Assembly (NCBI GenBank): GCA_963705255.1
Contig: OY970061.1
Location: 1,408,001 to 1,472,000, forward strand
Length of the DNA stretch: 64,000 nt
Source of the DNA: an uncultured Methanoregulaceae archaeon
GTDB lineage: Archaea > Halobacteriota > Methanomicrobia > Methanomicrobiales > Methanospirillaceae
Reading direction: 5' to 3'
Of the stretch, positions 44,237 to 55,100 are shown one piece after another. How positions within the stretch are numbered: position 1 is the first letter of the stretch; each line of letters starts with the position of its first letter. Made by a program: the position numbers and the translations under genes. The notes beneath the pieces are model-generated. The model worked only from the letters and a program-made list of their open reading frames with translations. It searched no databases and was not told the origin of the DNA.

Positions 44237-44401
44237 GGGTCATCAGACCCGACCCAGGAGAAGACCGAAGGTCTTCGACCAAGCGGTTGAAAGTGAGGGT
44301 CATCAGGATGTCGAAGGTCGGCTTCTGCCTCCCTTCTCCTTCTCGGGGTTTGATAACCCCTCGAACCTTGAGGATAAGAAGAACTCATCAGAGTTCTTCG
44401 A
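44237..44401. repeat. Mosaic palindromic intergenic element, locus 5 (modules D and F)
   Basis: GTCATCAGAC...GGAGAAGACCGAAGGTCTTCGA matches 9671-9710; 44288-44401 matches 21351-21461. Confidence 0.9.
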
Positions 44402-44469
44402 TTGGCCGAATTGCATATTGACGTTTCCATTGGAATCCCTTAATATCCTGCAATGTACACTTCTGTATC

Positions 44470-45939
44470 ATGCCTCAGGAGACCCCGCTCGGGCCGTCGG
44501 GACCGGCAAAATACTGTATTTTCGGGTGCGGGACAACCGGCTACAACATCATCCTCGAGCTGGCAAAGGAGAACGAGGGCGTGGTGATGGTGGACAGAGA
44601 CGAATCACGGGTCCGGCACCTCCGCGACCAGAAATACGACGCCTACCAGCGTGACCTTACGTCCCCCGACCTCCTCACAGGGCTCCCCGTCTTCGAGATC
44701 GCGTTCGTCATGACCGGGGACCCGGACGCGAACCTCACGGCCGTCCTCACGATCAAGAAACGCTACCCGTCCGTGCAGATCGTTGCCCGCGCCATCGACC
44801 CGGTGAGCGGCCAGAAACTCACCGCCGCCGGGGCAGATTTTGTCCTCTACCCGCAGGAGGTGGTCGCCCGCTCCGCCGTCCTCCAGATCCGGAAGCAGCA
44901 CTCGAGCCGGATTTCCCAGCGGCTCTTCACCATGCTCGCCGGCTGGGAGGGGACGTTCGGGATCATCACCCACAAGAACCCGGATCCCGATGCCATCTCC
45001 TCTGCCATGGCCCTCGCGGAGATCGCAAAGCACGCAAACCCCAAAACCCTCACTCCCCGGATCTTTTACGAGGGCAACATCGGCCACCAGGAGAACCGGA
45101 CCTTCGTCAACCTGCTCGATATCAAGATGGAGCACCTGACCCCCGAGGCGCTCTCGGCATGCACCTACCTCGCCATTGTCGACTGTTCCGCTCCCGGCGC
45201 AAACAACGACATCCCGCCCCAGACGAAGATCAATGTCGTCATCGACCACCACAAGGAGGGCAGGCACGTGGCGTCTCAGGGCATGTTTGTCGATATCCGT
45301 CCCGGTGTCGGGGCGACGGCGAGCATCATGACCCAGTACCTGCAGGAACTCGACGTGCCGGTCGACAAACGGGTGGCGACCGCCCTCCTCTACGGAATCC
45401 GAACGGACACCAAAGAGTTCACGCGCAACGTGACGCCGCAGGACCTCAACTACGCGGGTTTCCTCCTGCCGCTGACCGATGCCGACCTTCTCGACAAGAT
45501 CATGTCGCCGTCGATGTCGCAGGAGACGCTCGACGTTATCGGCAAGGCGATCCACGAGCGGAAGGTCCAGAGCGGGTACCTCTTCGCGAACGTCGGGTAC
45601 GTGATGAACCGCGATGCCCTCCCGCAGGCGGCCGATCTCCTCATCACGCTCGAGGGCGTGAACACGGCGCTTGTCTACGGGATCACGGACAACGCGATCG
45701 TGATCTCGGCCCGAAACCGCGACATCCGCCTCCACATCGGCAATGCGCTCTCCGAGGCGTTCGGGGAGATGGGCGACGCGGGTGGCCACCCGAACATGGC
45801 CGCCGCCACCCTCCCGCTCCACTATTTCGGCAGAGTGGAGAACAAGGCCCAGCTGCTCGAGATCGTGATCGAGCCTATCCTCAAGAAGTTCAAGAACCTC
45901 GTGGGGCTGGAGAACGAGGGCAAAAAGAATGGGACCTGA
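44470..45939 (+). CDS. TrkA-N (RCK) + DHH/DHHA1 phosphoesterase
   Basis: IFGCGTTG, HKNPDPDAISS, VIDHH, AGGH. Confidence 0.88.
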   Translation: MPQETPLGPSGPAKYCIFGCGTTGYNIILELAKENEGVVMVDRDESRVRHLRDQKYDAYQRDLTSPDLLTGLPVFEIAFVMTGDPDANLTAVLTIKKRYPSVQIVARAIDPVSGQKLTAAGADFVLYPQEVVARSAVLQIRKQHSSRISQRLFTMLAGWEGTFGIITHKNPDPDAISSAMALAEIAKHANPKTLTPRIFYEGNIGHQENRTFVNLLDIKMEHLTPEALSACTYLAIVDCSAPGANNDIPPQTKINVVIDHHKEGRHVASQGMFVDIRPGVGATASIMTQYLQELDVPVDKRVATALLYGIRTDTKEFTRNVTPQDLNYAGFLLPLTDADLLDKIMSPSMSQETLDVIGKAIHERKVQSGYLFANVGYVMNRDALPQAADLLITLEGVNTALVYGITDNAIVISARNRDIRLHIGNALSEAFGEMGDAGGHPNMAAATLPLHYFGRVENKAQLLEIVIEPILKKFKNLVGLENEGKKNGT

Positions 45940-46078
45940 ATCCCGGCAGTTCGTTCCGTGTCCGCGAACACCGGCAAGGGACCCGGGTGCAGGGATGGAA
46001 GCAGGCGGGGAGTTCCATGCAATTCGCTGATACGAAACACCATCAGGTGTTGAGGATCGAGAAATTCATGAGGCAATC

Positions 46079-46699
46079 ATGAATTTTGAAGTGTGGGAGC
46101 CCCACTACCTCAAGATCCTCGACTACTTCGGGTTCGACCGGGCAGGGGACGAGGAAGCAGCCCGGCTCCTCGCCTCGCTCATGACCCGGGACAACCTCCT
46201 CTCCCTCGCAGCTCTCACCTGCGGCAACGAGGTCACCGTGTGCGGGAACGCCCCGTGCCTGAAAGATGAGCTCGGCAAAGTCCGGGGGATCGTTTTTGCC
46301 GCCGATGCCGCTGCCTACGTGCTCGATACCCATGGCATCCGCCCTGACGCGGTCTTCACCGACCTTGACGGGGCCACGGACCGGCTCCCTGAACTGAACC
46401 GGGAGGGGACGATCGTTGTAGTCCATGCGCACGGCGATAACATCCCGCTCCTGAAGTACTGGGTGCCGAGGTTCCCCGGGCCGCTCGTGGCCACCACCCA
46501 GGCCGCTCCTCTCCCGCACGTCCACAACTTCGGGGGGTTCACGGACGGCGACCGGGCCGTGTTTGCAGCAGACGAGCTCGGGGCCTCCTCCGTCACGCTT
46601 GCCGGCTTTGATCTCGATGACCGGAACGTCGACCCGCTCAAGCAGGGCAAACTCTTCTGGGCCCGGAAACTCCTTGCCCTGATCGGCCACCGCGTATGA
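46079..46699 (+). CDS. mptE: 6-hydroxymethyl-7,8-dihydropterin pyrophosphokinase MptE
   Basis: VFTDLDG, VHAHGDN, NFGGFTDGDRA, KLFWA. Confidence 0.88.
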   Translation: MNFEVWEPHYLKILDYFGFDRAGDEEAARLLASLMTRDNLLSLAALTCGNEVTVCGNAPCLKDELGKVRGIVFAADAAAYVLDTHGIRPDAVFTDLDGATDRLPELNREGTIVVVHAHGDNIPLLKYWVPRFPGPLVATTQAAPLPHVHNFGGFTDGDRAVFAADELGASSVTLAGFDLDDRNVDPLKQGKLFWARKLLALIGHRV

Positions 46700-48338
46700 G
46701 CCCGGACGCGTTCATCCTCGACGGGTACGTGGACGAGCCCGCATGCCTCGGCGTCCCGCCCTACCTCTCGCCCTATATCCGCACGGTGGCGGGGGCACTC
46801 ATCGGGCACGGGTATACGGTCAGCTACCTTACCATCGACCAGCTCCGCTCCGACCCGCAGCAGGTCAACCGGATGAACCGGGCCGACCTGTTCGTGATGA
46901 TCGCGGGTGTCACCGTGCCGGGAAAATATCTCGGCGGCACACCGGCAACGCTGACCGAGATCCAGCAGGTCGGGCAGATGGTGAGGGGGCCGGAGAAACT
47001 GGTCGGTGGCCCGATCGGGTTCGGGTACGCTGCCGAAGGCGGGCAGCGGGCGGTCCGGCAGGTGATTGCCGGATTCGATGCCCTGCTGACCGGAGAACCG
47101 GCGATAGCTCTCGACAACTATCTCGCCGGAAATGATCCGGACGGCATGCTGGACTATTCTCGTACCGACCCGTGGAGTGTTACGGGGAGCAGCATCATCC
47201 GGCAGCACCCGGACTACCCGTACGTGATGTGCGAGCTCGAGACCGCCCGGGGCTGCGCCCACGGGGTGACGGGCGGATGTTCGTTCTGCACCGAGCCGTT
47301 CTACGGGGTGCCGAAATACCGGGAGATCCGCGGGATCGCGTCAGAAGTTGCAGCGCTCCACGCCTACGGCGCCCGGCACTTCCGGGTCGGGCGGCAGCCG
47401 GACATTCTCACCTACGGCGCCGGTGCCGGAGAGTACCCGTACCCCGCCCTGACCTGCTCGAGGAACTCTTCTCTTCGATCCGTGCTGCGGCCCCGGACCT
47501 GAAGACTCTCCACATCGACAATACCAACCCGGCGACCATTGCCCGGCACGAGGAGGAGAGCCAGGAAGCACTGCGGGCGATCATCCGCCACCATACCCCC
47601 GGGGATGTAGCGGCGTTCGGGATGGAGACGGCCGATCCCGCCGTTGTGGCGGCCAACAATCTCAAGGCCGGGCCGGATGAGGTCTTCCGGGCGATACGGA
47701 TCGTCAATGAACTGGGGGGTGGCCGCCGTGACAATGTGCCCGAGCTCCTGCCGGGGCTCAACTTCGTCTGCGGGCTCACCGGAGAGACCGGGAAGACCTA
47801 CGAGCTGAACGAGCAGTTCCTCGTACGGGTCCGGGATGCGGGCCTTGCGGTGCGGCGGGTGAATATCCGGCAGGTGATGCCGTTTGAAGGCACCCCTGCC
47901 TTCATGGACAACACCCTCGGGAAATACGAACGCCGGTTCCGGGTGTTCAAGGAGTTCGTCCGGACGAAGATCGACCTCCCGATGCTCCAGCGGGTCTTCC
48001 CCATCGGCACCGTGCTCCGCGAGGTGAGAATCGAGGTGTCAGGGAACCTCTCGTTCGGGCGCCAGATGGGGTCGTACCCCATTCTCGTCGGCATCCCCCT
48101 CAGTCTTGACCGGGGGACCGTGACCGATGCCGTGGTCGTGGACTGGGGCATGCGGTCGCTCACGGCCCTGCCGGTGCCGGTGAAGATAAACACGCTGCCG
48201 GCGTCTGCCATCAGGTGGCTGCCGGGCGTGGGAAAGAAGCGGGTGGCCGCCATCATCGCGAAGCGGCCATTCAGGGATCTTGAAGCGTACCGGAAGGTGG
48301 CGGGGACAACAGCGATTGATTCCCATCTCGTATTCTGA
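46696..48338 (+). CDS. Radical SAM protein with C-terminal HhH (COG1031-like); frameshift near 47450
   Basis: DGYVDEPACLGVPPY, ETARGC...GGCSFC, HIDNTNP, RRVNIRQV, LPGVGKK. Confidence 0.85.
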
Positions 48339-48404
48339 AAAAGTAGTCCGGGTTCATTTTACTCTTTGCTCACATTGTCAACAGTAAAAAAGGGGGATAT
48401 GGTA

Positions 48405-49151
48405 TCATGGTATACTCTGGGCATGGTCTTCAGGATCCAGCTCCGGGGAGATCTTCCGGTACTCCAATCCACGTGCCAGAAAGACAAAGCCAATGGCCGG
48501 CAGTAAAATTGCCCCGTAGAAAAGACCAACGAGCATTATCAGCACATCGGCCGGATTGAAGTTCATGAAATTGTCATGATACGGTGATGTTGGAGGCGGG
48601 ACATAGGTAATCATGTACCAAAGCAGACCGACCAAAAAAGCAAGTCCGATGATCCCGATCGCTGATGATACCCTGATAATCGTAGCGGATATACTGCCAC
48701 AGGTTTTTCTCCAATAGTTCAGGAAATATGCCGCACAGGCAGGCAGCGCCGCGTACGCGAGTATCGCTCCGATGATTGCGGATATCAGGGATCTTCTCGC
48801 CGGGTCTGAAGGTTCATAAAAAGTGTAGATGACAAGCAGGACGCCAATGATACCCATCACAAAACAAAGGGGAAGCCCATCCTGCCAGCGCAGGGATCGT
48901 TTCTTCATCCTCCTGACCAGAAGGACACTCCCGGCAAACGAGACGATCATAAGGACTGCATAGAAAAATGTGCCATTGAAAATATACATGAAACCGGACT
49001 CCGGAAAAAAGAGCATCTTTGTTCCCGGAATCATATCAGCAAAAATTCCCGCTGCCAGGAAAATATACAGGCCAAAGAACACTGCCGACACGAGGATAAA
49101 CGGTGTGGAAAAATCGCGACAATCTGTCAGAGGCTTTCCGCTCATATCCAT
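48405..49151 (-). CDS. Polytopic membrane hypothetical protein (lower GC)
   Basis: About six hydrophobic segments. Confidence 0.6.
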   Translation of the reverse strand: MDMSGKPLTDCRDFSTPFILVSAVFFGLYIFLAAGIFADMIPGTKMLFFPESGFMYIFNGTFFYAVLMIVSFAGSVLLVRRMKKRSLRWQDGLPLCFVMGIIGVLLVIYTFYEPSDPARRSLISAIIGAILAYAALPACAAYFLNYWRKTCGSISATIIRVSSAIGIIGLAFLVGLLWYMITYVPPPTSPYHDNFMNFNPADVLIMLVGLFYGAILLPAIGFVFLARGLEYRKISPELDPEDHAQSIP

Positions 49152-49274
49152 TATAAACAAAGAGCGTCCCCTTAATTTAAATATTTTTTGAAATATTTTT
49201 TACAACTAATAGTATATTGCTGGAAGAGATCTTCTCTGTGCCAGGTCCGATCCCTATCCAGATTACCCATGAGC

Positions 49275-50408
49275 CTAGATCTGCTTCAGTTCCGTGACCT
49301 TGAGGATATCCGTCCGGGTCACGATCCCGAGGATCTTCCCGTCCAGCACGACCGGGATCCTGCCGATGTTCCGTGCCGACATGATCCGCAGGGCATCAAT
49401 GACCGGAGCGGTCGGCGGGAGCGTGATCGGGTCGCGGGACATGATGTCCCGGACCTGCATGGCCTCGCGGTCGATCGACGATGTCCGGTTCACATCGGCG
49501 AGGGTGACCATGCCGATCAGCGTGTCCCGTTCGACAACCGGGAAGCCGAGGTGCTTGCTCGTGTACATCATCCCGATCACCTGGCTCACCGGGATGGTGG
49601 GGGGGACCGTGGTGACCGGCCTGCTCATCATGTCGCCCACCGTGACGTCCTGCAGGAGGTGGCTGTATTTTACCGCCGTGGACTCCATGTTCGCCCCGAT
49701 GTAGATGAAGAGCGCGATCAGGATCAGGAACGGTGAGAAGGCAAAAAGGCCGATGATCCCAAACAGGATGGCAAACCCCTTGCCCACATCGGCCGCGATC
49801 TTGGTTGCACGGTGAAGCGGCATCCGCTTGGCAAGCCATGCCCGGAGTACCCTGCCCCCGTCCATGGGAAATGCCGGCAGGAGGTTGAAGAAACAGAGGA
49901 TGATGTTGAGCATGCCGAGGTAGCCGAACAGGAAGACCAGCACACCGGCGGTCCCCGGGCTCATGGAAAAGGACGGGACTGCATACATGATCCCGGTGCA
50001 GACGATACCTACGACGAGGCTTGCGATCGGGCCCACGAGCGCCATCGGGAGCTCGATCTTCGGGTCGGGCACACCCTCTTCCATCGTGGCAATACCGCCG
50101 AAGATCATGAGCGTGATACTGTTGATCGCGATCCCTTTCCTTTTTGCAACGAGCGAATGGGCGAGTTCGTGCACGAGCACGCCGGCAAAGAGGCCGAAGG
50201 CTACGATCGTACCGAGGATATAAGGTATAAATCCTGCCGTGATCAGCGAGGTATCGATCGGCACCTGGAACACCTCGGTAAGCATACCCGTGGTCAGCGT
50301 AATCTGGCTGCCGATGATCCAGGCAAAGAGGGGGATGACGAGCAGGAATGTGTAGTGAATCAGGATCGGAATCCCAAATAAGTGCCCGATCCGAAAAGAC
50401 CCGTCCAT
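49275..50408 (-). CDS. Site-2 protease (M50) with CBS pair
   Basis: HELAH, FNLLPAFPMDGGR, two CBS domains. Confidence 0.92.
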   Translation of the reverse strand: MDGSFRIGHLFGIPILIHYTFLLVIPLFAWIIGSQITLTTGMLTEVFQVPIDTSLITAGFIPYILGTIVAFGLFAGVLVHELAHSLVAKRKGIAINSITLMIFGGIATMEEGVPDPKIELPMALVGPIASLVVGIVCTGIMYAVPSFSMSPGTAGVLVFLFGYLGMLNIILCFFNLLPAFPMDGGRVLRAWLAKRMPLHRATKIAADVGKGFAILFGIIGLFAFSPFLILIALFIYIGANMESTAVKYSHLLQDVTVGDMMSRPVTTVPPTIPVSQVIGMMYTSKHLGFPVVERDTLIGMVTLADVNRTSSIDREAMQVRDIMSRDPITLPPTAPVIDALRIMSARNIGRIPVVLDGKILGIVTRTDILKVTELKQI

Positions 50409-50459
50409 AACAAAGGATTATCTTTTTAACTCTTAAGTATATACTTTCATCTGATAACG

Positions 50460-50723
50460 ATGGAAACCCAGATTACCGAGTTGTTCGGGCTCCAGATCTA
50501 CACGGACAAAGGCATGTTTATTGGCGAAGTCGAGGATGTTGTCATTGACGTGGACCAGAAAAAGATTGAAGTTATCGTCGTGGGAAAGGTCAATGAGGAG
50601 CTCTTCGAGATGAAGAACTTCAAAGGCCTTAAGATCCCGTACCGCATCATCAGTGCAATCGACGACATCGTCCTGATCCGCCACCTCCCCGGGGCTTTCA
50701 CGAGCGGAAGCGCGGAAGAGTAA
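50460..50723 (+). CDS. PRC-barrel protein (CdpB-like)
   Basis: IYTDKGMFIGEVEDVVID, IPYRIISAIDDIVLI. Confidence 0.85.
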   Translation: METQITELFGLQIYTDKGMFIGEVEDVVIDVDQKKIEVIVVGKVNEELFEMKNFKGLKIPYRIISAIDDIVLIRHLPGAFTSGSAEE

Positions 50724-50786
50724 CGCAGCGGACGAGGAACAGCGGGATCCCATCCATATTGTCCTGTACTCCCGCATGGTCATCCT

Positions 50787-51519
50787 ATGGAAAACCGGGA
50801 AATATTTTCAGCCATCTCCGCCATTCCTCCTGTTTTTGTCCGGCTTGACGGCCGGGCATTCCACCGGCTCGTGGAGAACCTCGGGCTCGAGAAACCCTTC
50901 GACGAATTCTTCAACAACGCGATGGTCACGGCCTGCACGACGCTGGTTTCGGAAAGTGGGCTCAACCCGGACTTTGCCTTCACCTTCTCGGACGAGATCA
51001 ACCTCTGGTTCAGCCGCCTTCCCTTCAGCGCACGGGTGGAGAAGATCGATTCGGTGGCCGCATCGTTCGCCGCAAGTTCCCTTACCCTCGCCCTTGGCGG
51101 CACGTCCATCCTCTCGTTCGACGCCCGCGTTATCCCGGCAACACCGGAGTACGCGATGGAATATCTCGCAGACCGGCAGAACGAGGCGTGGCGCAATCAC
51201 CTGAACGGCTACTGCCAGCAGGCCCTGATCGAGGAAGGCCTGAGCGCAAAAGAGGTCTGCGGCACAGCTCAAAGGACTGCCATCAAAGAACCTCCACGAG
51301 ATGATGCACGCGAAGGGTTTCAACCTCGCCATGACCCCGGCGTGGCAGCGCAGGGGGGTCCTGGTCTACAAGAAACTCAAGGAGAAGGAGGGGTTCAATC
51401 CCGTCACGCAGGAGAGCGTGGTCACGGAGCGGAGTGCGGTGACCGTGGACTACGATCTCCCGCTCTTCTCGAGCCCGGAAGGGAAGGAATTTTTGAAGAA
51501 GGTGATCTCAACTGGCTGA
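50787..51519 (+). CDS. thg1: tRNA(His) guanylyltransferase Thg1-like protein; frameshift near 51257
   Basis: VRLDGRAFH, FSDEIN, SFDAR, RQNEAWRN, PAWQRRG. Confidence 0.88.
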
Positions 51520-51789
51520 TTTTTGTAGTCTTTCTCAATCGTATTATCTGGTTTTTTATCATCTTTAAGATCCGTTTCGACGATGGGGCAGATGGCTCGA
51601 TCTCCCCGGCAAGGATAGATGCCTCCGCCTCGAAGGATCCTTTCGGTTCTTCCGGGCCTTATTCCTGTCGCGATTGCGGAAGCAGCCAGAAATGTAATGC
51701 CGGGTGATTACCGTCATAAACTTTTGAATAGCGCTGATAATATGCATTTAAACAAAATTCAAACAAGAATTTGACGATATTTAAAAATC

Positions 51790-51803
51790 AAAAATATTAA
51801 ATA
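51790..51803 (+). promoter_or_regulatory. Putative BRE/TATA promoter
   Basis: AAAAATATTAAATA in an AT-rich stretch upstream of GGAGGTGATC. Confidence 0.4.
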
Positions 51804-51825
51804 CATTGAAAGATTATTATCAAAT

Positions 51826-51981
51826 AACCTGTTAAGGGAGGTGATCAACTGATTGACTGGGTGGTATTCTTGAAAATCGACAGAGCAATCCTCCAGGGTA
51901 TCGTGCAGAACCTGCCACCCATATAACCGGACGGCCGGATGCTTCGGGATAAATTCACCTCCTCACCTCCACACCTCTTTT
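51826..51981 (+). ncRNA. Candidate small transcript (SD + 25-codon ORF at 51849-51926 + triple anti-SD + T-tract)
   Basis: GGAGGTGATC at 51837; TCACCTCC TCACCTCC ACACCTC TTTT at 51955-51981. Confidence 0.35.
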
Positions 51982-52199
51982 CGATTCGTGGACCGGTTCA
52001 TATAACCCAAAATCCCACCGGTTTTCCGCAGGCATGCCGGCCATTGAACAAAGAACAAGGCAATGATGCCGGACTGAACGATGAATTTCCTGCCCCTTTA
52101 CCCGGGCCCGGGTTGTGCAGGACTCATGACGGTACCTGACCGCTAGGCTTTGAAATTCCAGAGAACGGAATATCCACTGAAAAAGAGACTGACAGGATT

Positions 52200-55100
52200 T
52201 TATTCTGTCTTTGCAATCCCGATCGTCATCGCCACGCCCTCGACGTCCCATTCCTTCACGGACGTGTAGCGGGCAGGGTCCGGCTGTGTCCCGTCCCTGC
52301 TGAACCCGAAGAATGTTGCCCGGACCTCGTCGCTGATCATCGCTATGATCTCGTTGTCGAGAAGGAGGGTGAGGACCCGCTTGTCGTTCACCGCAACTTC
52401 CACGTTGATGAAGTCCTCGACCGCGAGGTCGAGCTGCCGCCGGGTCTCCTGGATCCTCCGGATCACTTCGCGGCCGTAGCCTTCCGCCTCGAGATCGGGG
52501 GTGAGGGAGACGTCCACGTACACGGTCGCATCGGTCATGGGGGCCGAGAAGATGTCCGCGGGGAGTTTCTCGGAAAATGTAACGTAGTCCGATCCAATCT
52601 CGAAGTCTGTGTTGCCGAGCTTCACGATCCCCCCCTCGATATCGATCTTTGCCTTGAGACGGTCCCCGTCCTCCTTCTCAATAAGTCCCTTGACCGTGAA
52701 GGAATCCTTGCCGAACCGTTTACCGAGCGCCTTCATTACGGGTTCCACCTTCCACCCGATCCGCTCCCACCTGCCCATGACCACCGAGACCTTCCGGGCA
52801 TTTGCCCGGTCCATGCAGACCGGGTTGAGGCGCTCGATCGCGTCTTTCACCGGCTCTGAGTCCGTCACAACGACCACCTCGGAGACCGGCCAGCGGAGTT
52901 TCCGTTTGCCGGCCTGGCGGGCGTTGGCGCATGCCTCGTCGAACGAGCGGACGATCCCGACTGCCTCTTCCAGCGCCCTGTCCACGAGCAGCGGCTCGCC
53001 GGCGTCCCAGTCGAGGAGGTGGACGCTGGGCAGGTCGTTCCGGCACCGCAGGTTCCCGTAGATCTCCTCGGTGATATGCGGGCAGAACGGGGCGAGGAGC
53101 TGGCTGAGCCGGCGCATGACATAGTAGATCGTCTCGTACGCGAAGACCTTCTGCTCCGACTCGCCCTCGAGCCACATGCGGGGGCGGACGAGCTGGACGT
53201 ACCAGCGCGAGAGGTCCTCGAGGATGAAGCTGACCAGCTCGCGGGTGGCCCGGTGGAGCTGGCACTCCTTCATCGCGGCATCGACGAGCGCGGCGACCGA
53301 GTTGACCCGGGAGATGATGAACCGGTCCTCGTCGGGCATCTGCCGGAGGTGCGCCCTGATGTACGCATCGTCCCAGACCCCTTCCTTCGAGGCCGGTTCG
53401 AACCTGTCGAGGATCATGTAGGGGAGCGGGAAACGGTACACGTTCCAGAGGATGTTGACCGCCCGGTTGATGGTGCCCACGCCCTCCCAGTTGAACTTGA
53501 GGTCGTCCCACGGGGCGGAAGAGGAGAGGACGTAGAGCCGGAGGACGTCGACCCCGACCTTTTCGATCACGTCCGTGGGGTTCACCACGTTGCCGAGGCT
53601 CTTGGACATCTTTTTGCCCTCAGCATCGAGGGCAAAACCGTGCATGCAGACGCTTTTGTAGGGCGCCTTTCCGAATGCGATCGTGCTCGCGCCCAGCTGG
53701 GAATAGAACCACCCGCGGGTCTGGTCCTGCCCTTCGGTGATGAAATCGGCGGGCCAGAGCTTCTCGAAGTCCTCCGTCTTCCCCGGGTAGCCGAGCGTGG
53801 CCCACGAGGCCACCGCTGAGTCGAACCAGACATCGAAGATGTCCTCGACCCGCTTCATCGTGCCGCCGCACGGGCACGGGATGGTCACGCCGTCCACGTA
53901 CGGGCGGTGGGGATCCTCGAGCGGCCTCCCGCTCCGCTCCTCGAGCTCGCGGATCGTGCCGATGACCCGGTACGAGTCGCACTTCGGGCAGACCCAGACC
54001 GGGATCGGGATACCCCAGTAGCGCTGGCGGGAGATGCACCAGTCGCGGGCCTCCTTGATCCAGTCGTAGAACCGTGCGCTTCCCGCCCAGTCGGGATACC
54101 ACGTCACCTTCTCCACTTCCGAGAGCATCAGGTCCCGCATCTCGGAGGCTTTCAGGAACCACTGCGAGGTGGCACGGAAGATGATCGGGGTCTTGCAGCG
54201 CCAGCAGTGCCCGTAGCGGTGGGTGACCGTCTCCTTCGCAAAGAGGTGATCACCCAGGGCCTGAAGGACGTTCACGTTCGAGTCCCGCACGTACTGGCCG
54301 GCGAACGCTCCTGCCTCTTCCCGGAATTTTCCTGCGCCGTCCACCGGGCAGACAATGGCGAGCCCTTCTTTGGTCCCGAGCACGAAGTCGTCCCACCCGT
54401 GGCCGGGCGCAATGTGGACCATGCCGGTGTTTTCGAGAGCGACAAAGTCCGCGGTCACGACCTTGTGGCTGATCTCCCGCTGGAGCGGGACGCAGGATGC
54501 GAGCGGGGACTCGTACTCCCACCCCGCGAGCTCGGCACCCCTCTTCGTCTCAAGCAGGGTGAAGTCCCTGCACCGCCCCTTCTTGAGCACCGCCTTCACG
54601 AGAGGCTCCGCGATCCAGAGGATCGCCTCATTCTCGCCCTTCTTTGCGAGCACCTTTGCGTACACGAAATCCCTGGCCACCGCGACCGCGACGTTTGCCG
54701 GCAGCGTCCACGGCGTTGTCGTCCAGATGAGGAGGAACTCGTTCGTCCTGCCCTTGAGGGGGAACCTGACGAAGACCGAGGGGTCGTTCTCGTCCCAGTA
54801 CTCCACCTCTGCGTCCGCGATCGCCGTCTCGCAGCGGGGGCACCAGTTCACGACCCGGTGCCCGCGTTCGAGCATCCCGCGGTCCTCGGCCCGGGCGAGC
54901 GTCCACCACGCCGCTTCGATGTATTCCCGCTTGACGGTCTGGTATGCTCCCGGGAAATCGAGCCAGACGCCGAGGGCAGCGAACTGGTCGTCCATCAGTT
55001 TCTTGTTCGTCACCGCGAACTCGCGGCACTTCTCGATGAAGGGCTGGATGCCGAACTTCTCGATATCCTTTTTTGACGCGAACCCGAGGGCCTGCTCGAC

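Noticed and set aside
44605-45822. Long antisense ORFs (also 4013-5065, 53907-55076, 56282-57286, 60172-61170)
   Set aside because: Shadow frames of GC-rich, well-identified genes with no motifs.
44470-45939. c-di-AMP signalling link between the RCK-DHH protein and KdpD
   Set aside because: The genes are 43 kb apart, no cyclase is in the window, and substrate cannot be inferred from sequence.
50787-51519. Recoded or pyrrolysine-containing Thg1 as in Methanosarcina
   Set aside because: The interruption is a frameshift, not an in-frame TAG, and fits the window-wide indel pattern.
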